Positions 1-7,152 of a stretch of 16,939 bases of DNA are shown in pieces. The DNA is taken from NCBI GenBank assembly GCA_043816965.1, contig JBDRHK010000017.1, forward strand, positions 1 through 16,939. The letters run 5' to 3'. Numbering within the stretch: position 1 is the stretch's first letter; every line of letters begins with the position of its first letter. This stretch comes from Candidatus Iainarchaeum sp. (GTDB taxonomy: Archaea > Iainarchaeota > Iainarchaeia > Iainarchaeales > JAFCCJ01). A program made the position numbers and the translations under genes. The notes beneath the pieces were generated by a model that was not told the DNA's origin, searched no databases, and saw only the letters and a program-made list of their open reading frames with translations.

Positions 1-5
1 TTAGC

Positions 6-1817
6 ATGGTTCCGGTTGACCTTACACTGATGGTGGATCTGGGCATGATTTTACTTGCCGCCACTTTTTTCAGTTATCTTGCGAAGATTTTCAAGCAGCC
101 GCCATTGCTTGCCTTCATTGTCGCAGGCCTTTTTTTGGGGCCTTTTGCTTTGGGTTCACTGGGTTTGAGCATTCCCAGCCCTATTGGGGAAATCCCGATC
201 GGAATCCAGGAAATCGGCACGCAAATATTAATCCTCTCCGAGATTGGTGTCGCGCTTTTATTGTTCAGTGTTGGTGTTGAAAGTGATTTCTCAAAGCTTG
301 CTGAAATGGGGAAGGTTGTTCTTTTCGGGGGCATATTGCAGTTTCTTCTGACAATTCTGTTTGTGATAATCACAACAGTATTGACAGGGCTTCTTCCCAT
401 TGAAACAGCGCTGCTTTTGGGGGTAATACTCTCATTCAGCGCAACAACAATTGTGGTGAAAATTCTTTCAGACAAGCACCTTATCAATTCCCTTCAGGGA
501 AGGCTGATGATTGGTTTTCTCCTTGTGCAGGACCTTTTGGTTATTCTCGCAATACCTTTTTTCAGCAAACTGGAGCCAGGTGCGGCCTTGACAAGCCTTC
601 TTGAGCCAAACTCCCTTATGCTTATGTTCCTTTCAGTGGTTGTCCTTATCGCCCTTGCATACATACTCAATAAATTTATTTACAGGCCACTTTTCAAGCT
701 TGCGATTGAATCCAGCGAACTGCTTTTCCTCGCAGGAATGTCAAGCTGTTTCCTTTTCATAATTCTTGCATATGTGCTGAATTTCCCCATAGCGATTGGG
801 GCTTTTATTGCGGGAATCTCGCTATCAACACTCCCATATAATCTTGAGGTCTATAACAAGGTTAGGGGGACAAGGGATTTATTCGCGACAATCTTTTTTG
901 TTACTTTAGGCCTGCAGATAACCCCTGGCTTTCTTGGAATATCGCTCCCAATAATTTTAGTCATACTTGGAACTGTTTTCATTCTCAAACCATTGACATT
1001 CTACCTAATCACCCTTTTCTCAGGCTATGGCGGGAGGATTGCAATGCTTGTAGGGCTTGGCCTAGCCCAGGTTTCTGAGTTCTCATTCATACTTGCGAGT
1101 GCAACATTTTTGGTTCTTGAACAAACCCCGGGGCTATATTCATTCATTCTTTTCACCATCACACTCTCAATGGTTATAACCCCCTACATAATGGACCACA
1201 GCAGCAGGCTTTACCAGTTTTTGGACAGGATTATCTTGAGGTTTTTCCCGGGGCTTAAAACACATTCAAGATTCCACTGGCGGATAAAGAAGCTTGACAG
1301 GCTTCCGTCGAAAGTAAGCAAGCATATTGTGGTTGTTGGTGCAGGCACAATGGGTTTCAGTGTTGCGGAGGCGCTGAAGGACAATTATTCTATTGTGGTT
1401 GTTGACCATGATTCTGAGGCGGTGTTCAACTGCATTGACCATAAAATTCACGCCCTTTACGGAAGTGTTGATAATGAGGAAATATGGGAGAGGCTTAACC
1501 TTCCAGAGGCAAAACTCCTGATTCTGGCAACCCCTGATGTTGAGAATTCCATTCCACTTGCCCATTATGCCAAAAAGGTAAACCCAAAAATAGTAATTTT
1601 CGGAAGGGCCCACTACTATCGTGATGCCCTTACCCTCTATGAGGAAGGGGTTGATTTTGTTGTAATGCCGCTTGTGATTGGGAGCAATGTATTCCTGGAA
1701 AAGGTGGCTGACTTCCTTGAGAAGGGCAACTTATCCAGTTTAGAGAGTTTTAAGGACGAATTTATCATATATCTCAAGGAAAAGGTCGAAGAAGAGCATA
1801 ATAGGCTTAAAATGTAG
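6..1817 (+). CDS. CPA2-family cation(K+):proton antiporter, KefB/KefC-like, with C-terminal TrkA_N/RCK domain
   Basis: About 400 aa of many hydrophobic helices with CPA2 motifs (LLFSVGVE, SATTIVVKIL, GFLLVQDL, FFVTLG, LAQVSEFSFIL). These are followed by a Rossmann GxGxxG (VVVGAGTMG) and RCK-type segments (VVVDHD, ALYGS, GVDFVVMP). The start is at the window edge, so a short upstream extension cannot be excluded. Confidence 0.9.
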   Translation: MVPVDLTLMVDLGMILLAATFFSYLAKIFKQPPLLAFIVAGLFLGPFALGSLGLSIPSPIGEIPIGIQEIGTQILILSEIGVALLLFSVGVESDFSKLAEMGKVVLFGGILQFLLTILFVIITTVLTGLLPIETALLLGVILSFSATTIVVKILSDKHLINSLQGRLMIGFLLVQDLLVILAIPFFSKLEPGAALTSLLEPNSLMLMFLSVVVLIALAYILNKFIYRPLFKLAIESSELLFLAGMSSCFLFIILAYVLNFPIAIGAFIAGISLSTLPYNLEVYNKVRGTRDLFATIFFVTLGLQITPGFLGISLPIILVILGTVFILKPLTFYLITLFSGYGGRIAMLVGLGLAQVSEFSFILASATFLVLEQTPGLYSFILFTITLSMVITPYIMDHSSRLYQFLDRIILRFFPGLKTHSRFHWRIKKLDRLPSKVSKHIVVVGAGTMGFSVAEALKDNYSIVVVDHDSEAVFNCIDHKIHALYGSVDNEEIWERLNLPEAKLLILATPDVENSIPLAHYAKKVNPKIVIFGRAHYYRDALTLYEEGVDFVVMPLVIGSNVFLEKVADFLEKGNLSSLESFKDEFIIYLKEKVEEEHNRLKM

Positions 1818-1826
1818 CAAAATGCC

Positions 1827-1838
1827 AAGGCTTTTAAG
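1827..1838 (+). promoter_or_regulatory. Putative archaeal BRE/TATA promoter for cimA (AAGGCTTTTAAG)
   Basis: Purine-rich AAGG followed by TTTTAAG in the 74-nt gap. It is nearly identical to AAGGCTTTTTAAA at 4828-4840. Confidence 0.45.
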
Positions 1839-1882
1839 AATTTCAATCAAGTAGTATATAGTTTTGAAATTTAACTGTTTTT

Positions 1883-1887
1883 GGTGA
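1883..1887 (+). promoter_or_regulatory. GGTGA ribosome-binding site of cimA
   Basis: GGTGA-gcgg-ATG(1892). The same motif and 4-nt spacing recur before several genes in the window. Confidence 0.7.
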
Positions 1888-1891
1888 GCGG

Positions 1892-3520
1892 ATGGCAAAA
1901 TTTGTGGAATTGATGGATACCACCCTTAGAGATGGTGAACAGACTATGGGGGTCTCATTTACCCCTGCGGAAAAGTTGAATATTGCTAAAATGTTGCTTT
2001 TAGAGGCAAAACTCGACAGAATTGAGATTGGCTCAGCTCTTGTTTCAAAGGGGGAAATAGAGTCAGTTAAAGAGGTCTGTAAATGGGCAAATGAGGCCGG
2101 ATATCTGGAAAATATAGAGGTTTTGGGCCTTGTGGATGGTAAAAGGTCAATTGACTGGATTAGGGATTGCGGGGGAAATGCCATAAATCTTCTTGCAAAG
2201 GGCTCATTAAAGCATTTAACAACCCAGCTCAAGAAGAGCGAAAACCAGCATTTCCTGGATATTTCGAAAACAGTTGAATATGCCAAGGAAACAGGGATGG
2301 TGGTGAATGTTTATCTCGAGGATTGGAGCAATGGGATGAAAAACAGCCAGATTTATGTCTTCAACCTAATCAGGCACCTTATTTCCCTGAACATTGACAG
2401 GATAATGCTTCCTGATACATTAGGTGTACTTACGCCCAAAGAGGCAGAGGGCTTTATCTCAAACACTATGGGGAGTTTCCATGGGGTTCATTTTGATTTC
2501 CATGGGCATAATGATTATGGTATGGCGACAGCCAACTCACTTGCCGCCCTGCATGGCGGGGCAAGAGGGATTCACGTAACGGTAAATGGATTGGGTGAAA
2601 GGGCAGGCAATGCCTCTTTGGAGGAGGTTGTTGCAAACATAAACGACCATACTGATTGGAATACGAAAGTAAATGAAGCCGCACTTTCAAACCTTAGCAA
2701 GGTTGTTGCGGCCTTTTCCGGGAAAAGGGTCTCTTACAATAAGCCGATTATAGGGGAGAGTGTTTTCACGCAGACTGCCGGAATTCATGCTGACGGGGAT
2801 GCGAAGGGGGGCCTATACCAAAACAAGCTCCTTCCTGAAAGGTTTGGAAGGGAAAGGGAATATGCTTTGGGGAAGTTGAGCGGGCGCGCATCACTGGAAC
2901 AGAACCTTAATGCTTTGGGAATTGACCTCAGCTCTGAACAGGAGGAGCTTGTGCTGAAAAGAATTGTTGAATTAGGTGATAGGAAAGAAACATTAACGAG
3001 AGAAGATCTTCCTTACATAATCGAGGATGTGCTGAAAAGGCCTGTTGAGCAGAAGATTAAAATGTTAAAATGCTCAGTAAGCAGTGGAAAGGATATGGCC
3101 CCGAAAGCATCATTTGTCCTTGCCTTTGACGGGAAGGAAATTGAGGAAGAAGCCGAGGGCGACGGCGGTTATGACGCATTTATGAACGCACTAAGCAAGG
3201 CGGCAAATAAGATGAAAATAAAGCTTCCCCATCTTGTCGATTATGAGGTAAGGATTCCTCCAGGGGGGAAGACTGATGCCATTGTGGAAACCAAAATCTC
3301 CTGGGAACTGGATAATAAAAGATTTACAACAATCGGGGTTGATTCCGATCAAATTATGGCTGCTGTAGCCGCCACTGAAAAGATGCTTAATACCATTACG
3401 AGGAATGGAGTCTCGGCAAAAAAAGCAAAGCCAAAGTCCCAAAAAAAGCCCGCCACCCCTAAAGAGAAGAATAAAAAACCGGCGAAAAAAGTTCCTGTGA
3501 AAATTAAGAAAAAGAAATAA
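1892..3520 (+). CDS. cimA: Citramalate synthase (DRE-TIM LeuA/CimA family, Leptospira/Bacteroidetes type) with C-terminal regulatory domain and extra Lys-rich tail
   Basis: Has the DTTLRDGEQT (DRE) motif, the metal-binding HGHND and NGLGERAGN. Clade-specific segments IEVLG, NLLAKGS, VYLEDWSNG, TQTAGIHADGD, EGDGGYDAFMNAL and DYEVRIPPGGKTDA match my recollection of Leptospira CimA. Isopropylmalate synthase activity cannot be strictly excluded. Confidence 0.82.
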   Translation: MAKFVELMDTTLRDGEQTMGVSFTPAEKLNIAKMLLLEAKLDRIEIGSALVSKGEIESVKEVCKWANEAGYLENIEVLGLVDGKRSIDWIRDCGGNAINLLAKGSLKHLTTQLKKSENQHFLDISKTVEYAKETGMVVNVYLEDWSNGMKNSQIYVFNLIRHLISLNIDRIMLPDTLGVLTPKEAEGFISNTMGSFHGVHFDFHGHNDYGMATANSLAALHGGARGIHVTVNGLGERAGNASLEEVVANINDHTDWNTKVNEAALSNLSKVVAAFSGKRVSYNKPIIGESVFTQTAGIHADGDAKGGLYQNKLLPERFGREREYALGKLSGRASLEQNLNALGIDLSSEQEELVLKRIVELGDRKETLTREDLPYIIEDVLKRPVEQKIKMLKCSVSSGKDMAPKASFVLAFDGKEIEEEAEGDGGYDAFMNALSKAANKMKIKLPHLVDYEVRIPPGGKTDAIVETKISWELDNKRFTTIGVDSDQIMAAVAATEKMLNTITRNGVSAKKAKPKSQKKPATPKEKNKKPAKKVPVKIKKKK

Positions 3521-4789
3521 TCATCCGAATTTGTTTATTACCATTCCCGTAAGGAGTTTGGGAAAGAAGTAAGTCGATTTTTGGGGCATTTTCTCGTTTG
3601 CCATTGCGACAGATGTTACCTCATCTATCTTTGTGGGGTTAAGCAGGAATGCCATCTGTGCCTCACCACTTCCAACTGCGCTGATTGCGACATGCTTGGA
3701 TTTTACGTAAGAAACTTTTTTCTGCATCTTGATATCTTCCTCACTGATGCCAAGCAGATTTTGCAGCACAAGGGAATGCAGAACAGAAACATCAAGTTTC
3801 TTCAGGGCATCAGGCTTTCCAGGCATAAGATCATCCATTATTTTCCCATCTTTAAGCTTAAGCAGGTAAAACCTCTTTCCGATGTGAAAGCCAATGCAGT
3901 TCACATTCCTGCATTTTTCCATTTCCTCAAACAGCTCAGGCTTGTTCTTCTCCTCAACACAAAAATATTCCTTGAGTTCATCGATAAATTTACCTGAATC
4001 CAGATTTTCAATATTCGAAACCAGCCTGTGGGTTGGCATAACAATCAGCCCTGGGTTTGCTATATCAATGAACATCATCATGACATAATCCGCAATCCCT
4101 TTGCCATTTTTTTCCTGAAAATGGAGCGCTGTCTCATAGCGGTGGTGCCCATCAGCGATGAATATCTGCCTATTAGCCATGCAATCAGTAATTAATTTTA
4201 TCTTGCTATAATCATCAATTATCCAAAGCCTGTTTTTTACATTCTTCCTGTCGCTGAATTCAATAAGCGGCTCCTTATTGCTTTCCTCCTCCAGCAATTT
4301 ATCAATTTCTCCCTTATCGGATTTATAGAGTGAAAATATCGGGCTCATGTTGCAGCCGGTTGCATTCATCAGCTCAAACCGGTCCGTTATGGGGGCAAGG
4401 TGTGTCCTTTCATGGCCGAGAACAATTTTTTTGGAATATGGCTCGAGTTTTGCAAGCGCAATAAATCCTTTCCTGCTTTTTGGAACCCCCTTCCTTTGGA
4501 ACAGCTGCTCATAGAGGTAAACACAGGGCTTCTCGTCCTGCACAAGGACTTTTTCATTTAACCATTCATCCAGGAATTTCTTTGCCCTGGTATATCTGTT
4601 ATTCCCTTCATCATCATCTTCCCCATCTTTCCCAAGAATCAGCCTTATGATATTATATGGGCTGTTTTCATAGTACATTTTCTGGTGCTCGGGTGAAATG
4701 ACATCATAAGGGGGAGAAGTAATCTTTGAAAAATCCCCCATTGTCTCAGAATTGTAACGCACTCCCCTAAACGGGGCTATTTCCACCAT
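3521..4789 (-). CDS. DUF1015 family protein (ParB/Srx-like DGHHR motif)
   Basis: Family-typical motifs PFRG, PPYDVIS, HERT, IADGHHRYETA, PTHR and terminal MPQKSTYFFPKLLTG. The start is placed at ATG 4789 rather than TTG 4792 because GGTGA (4794-4798, minus strand) lies 4 nt upstream of it. Confidence 0.88.
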   Translation of the reverse strand: MVEIAPFRGVRYNSETMGDFSKITSPPYDVISPEHQKMYYENSPYNIIRLILGKDGEDDDEGNNRYTRAKKFLDEWLNEKVLVQDEKPCVYLYEQLFQRKGVPKSRKGFIALAKLEPYSKKIVLGHERTHLAPITDRFELMNATGCNMSPIFSLYKSDKGEIDKLLEEESNKEPLIEFSDRKNVKNRLWIIDDYSKIKLITDCMANRQIFIADGHHRYETALHFQEKNGKGIADYVMMMFIDIANPGLIVMPTHRLVSNIENLDSGKFIDELKEYFCVEEKNKPELFEEMEKCRNVNCIGFHIGKRFYLLKLKDGKIMDDLMPGKPDALKKLDVSVLHSLVLQNLLGISEEDIKMQKKVSYVKSKHVAISAVGSGEAQMAFLLNPTKIDEVTSVAMANEKMPQKSTYFFPKLLTGMVINKFG

Positions 4790-4827
4790 CAACTCACCAA
4801 TCCAACCCTAATGAAAAGAAATTGCAG

Positions 4828-4845
4828 AAGGCTTTTTAAATCCTT
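4828..4845. promoter_or_regulatory. Near-palindromic putative bidirectional BRE/TATA element between divergent DUF1015 and carA
   Basis: AAGGCTTTTTAAATCCTT reads AAGG-C-TTTTTAAA on the plus strand and AAGG-A-TTTAAAAA on the minus strand. Confidence 0.45.
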
Positions 4846-4921
4846 GTAAACATAAACCTTTTTTTAGGATGTCGGAAAAAAATTTGATTATTAACTCTTT
4901 TTTTCCTTTGGGGGAATCGCA

Positions 4922-5992
4922 TTGCATTCTCTGAAAGGGGCGCTTGAGCTTGAGGATGGCTCAGTTTTCAGCGGAATTTCTTTTGGTGCGGAGAAAAGCA
5001 TAGCAGGCGAGGTTGTCTTTAACACAGGGATGGTTGGATATCCAGAATCCCTTACAGATCCATCTTATTCTGGACAGATTCTCTGCCTTACCTATCCGCT
5101 AATTGGAAACTATGGGGTTCCAAAATGGGAAAAGGACGAATTTTCAATCGAAAAGCGCTTTGAATCAGGGAAAATCCATATCTCGGGGCTCATTGTTTGT
5201 AATTACTCTGAACAATACAGCCACTGGCAGGCCGCAAAATCGTTGGGGGAGTGGTTAAAGGAAGAGGGAATTCCCGCCATTACAGGGATTGATGTAAGAG
5301 CCCTTACAAAACTTTTGAGGGAGAAGGGGACAATGTTGGGGAGAATAAATTTAGGAAAGGAAGTTGAATTTTATGATCCGAACAAAATTAACCTCGTTGA
5401 GAAGGCGTCCATTGAAGAGCCCATTACCTATGGAAAAAAAGGGGAAAAAATCCTGCTAATTGACTGCGGGGCGAAAAACAATATTGTACGAAGCCTGCTG
5501 AAAAGGAATTGTACAGTCACGAAGGTTCCCTGGAATTTTAAAATGGAAAAAGATTTTGATTTTGATGGGGTTGTAATTTCTAATGGCCCAGGAGACCCGA
5601 AGCAGTGTGGGGAAACAATAACCCTGATAAAAGAGGTTATCGCGAAAGAGATTCCAACATTTGGAATCTGTCTCGGCAACCAACTCCTCGCACTGGCGGC
5701 AGGGGCTGACACCTACAAATTGAAATACGGGCACCGTTCACAGAACCAGCCAGCAGTCCTCGCTGGTGAGAAAAGGTGCTTCATCACATCCCAAAACCAT
5801 GGCTTTGCTGTTGATGAGAAAACCCTTCCCAAGGATTGGGAAAGCTGGTTCACAAATCTAAATGATGGGAGCAATGAGGGAATCAGGCACAAAACAAAGC
5901 CATTCTGTTCTGTCCAGTTCCATCCCGAGGCATGGCCAGGGCCGGTGGATACGGGATTTTTGTTTGATGAATTTCTTAAGGAGTTGGAATGA
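4922..5992 (+). CDS. carA: Carbamoyl-phosphate synthase small (glutaminase) subunit
   Basis: GEVVFNTGMVGYPESLTDPSY, YPLIGNYG, SNGPGDP, catalytic Cys in GICLGNQ, TSQNHGFAVD and His-Glu in QFHPE. TTG start with GGGGGA upstream. Confidence 0.97.
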   Translation: MHSLKGALELEDGSVFSGISFGAEKSIAGEVVFNTGMVGYPESLTDPSYSGQILCLTYPLIGNYGVPKWEKDEFSIEKRFESGKIHISGLIVCNYSEQYSHWQAAKSLGEWLKEEGIPAITGIDVRALTKLLREKGTMLGRINLGKEVEFYDPNKINLVEKASIEEPITYGKKGEKILLIDCGAKNNIVRSLLKRNCTVTKVPWNFKMEKDFDFDGVVISNGPGDPKQCGETITLIKEVIAKEIPTFGICLGNQLLALAAGADTYKLKYGHRSQNQPAVLAGEKRCFITSQNHGFAVDEKTLPKDWESWFTNLNDGSNEGIRHKTKPFCSVQFHPEAWPGPVDTGFLFDEFLKELE

Positions 5993-6744
5993 TGGATCTA
6001 ATCTCGCTCGCAGCACTTTTGGCGATTGTTTTTTTCGCTAACTTTTACGCAGCAAGCGTTGGCGGGGCAAGCATACTCATCCTCCCCGCAATGTTCTTTT
6101 TTGGGGTTAGCCCTGCGATTGCTGTGGGAACCAACCGTTTGCACAGGGTTTTTGCAACAGGTGCGATGGCATCTGAATTCTCAAAAGAAATCAAATTCGA
6201 CAGAAAAGACTTGACAGGATTTATCCTAATCAGCGTAATAGGATCAATTCTCGGCGCATTTATCGTATTAAACTTAAATGAAGAGTTACTCAAAAACATA
6301 ATTCTTTCGGCAATTTTCCTGATAATAATTTTGCTTTTGGTGAAAAGGGATTTTGGCATGACTGAAAAGAAAGTTAAAGTGACAAAAGTTTCCAACCCAA
6401 TCCTTTACTCAGGGCTTTTCATTATTGCAGTTTATCGGGCAATCATAGGAAGTGCGGCGAGCACTTTTCTCAATCTTCATTTGATTGTTATGAAAGGCTA
6501 TGATTATCTGAAAGCAGCTGCAGCATCCTCTTCAATCGCCTTTTTCAGCTCCTTAGCTGCGGCCATTTTGTTTGTGCTTTTTGGGCTGGTAGATTACATT
6601 CTTGCCATTCAGATGGCGGTGGCCGGGGTTCTCGGAGGATATTTGGGTGCAAAGTTTGCCATTGAGAAAGGCAATAAATTCATTCAGGCACTTTTCTTTG
6701 CAGTAGCTGTTCTGATGATATTGAAAATTATTTTTATAGGGTGA
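5989..6744 (+). CDS. TauE/SafE (TSUP, YfcA-like) family permease, divergent
   Basis: 251 aa with about 7-8 TM helices in two repeats. Motifs SVGG..LILP...FG.SP..AVGTN, GSILGA and GG.LGAKFAI.KG.KFI are typical of TSUP. ATGA overlap with the carA stop. Confidence 0.8.
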   Translation: MMDLISLAALLAIVFFANFYAASVGGASILILPAMFFFGVSPAIAVGTNRLHRVFATGAMASEFSKEIKFDRKDLTGFILISVIGSILGAFIVLNLNEELLKNIILSAIFLIIILLLVKRDFGMTEKKVKVTKVSNPILYSGLFIIAVYRAIIGSAASTFLNLHLIVMKGYDYLKAAAASSSIAFFSSLAAAILFVLFGLVDYILAIQMAVAGVLGGYLGAKFAIEKGNKFIQALFFAVAVLMILKIIFIG

Positions 6745-6748
6745 AATG

Positions 6749-7135
6749 ATGGCGAAAACAAAAAGGCAGCCAAAGTTGGCAAAAAAAATGAAGGAAAGAT
6801 ATTCAAAGCCAGCCAAGAAGATTATGATTAAGCGCCTCATGAAAAAGACAAAAAAATTTTTGGAATTCTGTGATTTGCTGTATGAAAAGCTGGGCAAGGC
6901 AATTAATGGCGAAATCGTTTTAAGTGAGAAAAAAATTCTTTTTGACTATGAAAAATATCGTTCTCTCAAGCATGATCTTTCGGGATTTCTTTTAAAGATA
7001 GACCAAAAGATGGTTTCGCCTGAAACTACGCAAGTTCTGCACAAGGTTATGGGTGGAGCTCAGGGTGTTATGTTAGCCCTTCACAAATTGCAGAAAAAAG
7101 GCCTGATTTCAGATCGGTGGGTGAAAATGAAATAA
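6749..7135 (+). CDS. Hypothetical basic, probably helical protein (128 aa)
   Basis: The ORF fills the gap between the permease and carB. GGTGA (6740-6744) lies 4 nt before ATG 6749 (alternative ATG 6746). The N-terminal ~35 aa are very K/R-rich. No family recognised. Confidence 0.7.
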   Translation: MAKTKRQPKLAKKMKERYSKPAKKIMIKRLMKKTKKFLEFCDLLYEKLGKAINGEIVLSEKKILFDYEKYRSLKHDLSGFLLKIDQKMVSPETTQVLHKVMGGAQGVMLALHKLQKKGLISDRWVKMK

Positions 7136-7152
7136 TTTTGGTGTGATATGAA

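Noticed and set aside
6781..6788. A8/T8 homopolymers (also 11782-11789) as phase-variation or frameshift sites
   Set aside because: Short runs explained by Lys codons. Frames are intact and no alternate-frame product is evident.
7120..7135. GGTGA-aa-ATG-AAA-TAA as a regulatory mini-ORF before carB
   Set aside because: It is the in-frame end of the orphan gene, and the 2-nt spacing does not fit the 4-nt pattern seen elsewhere.
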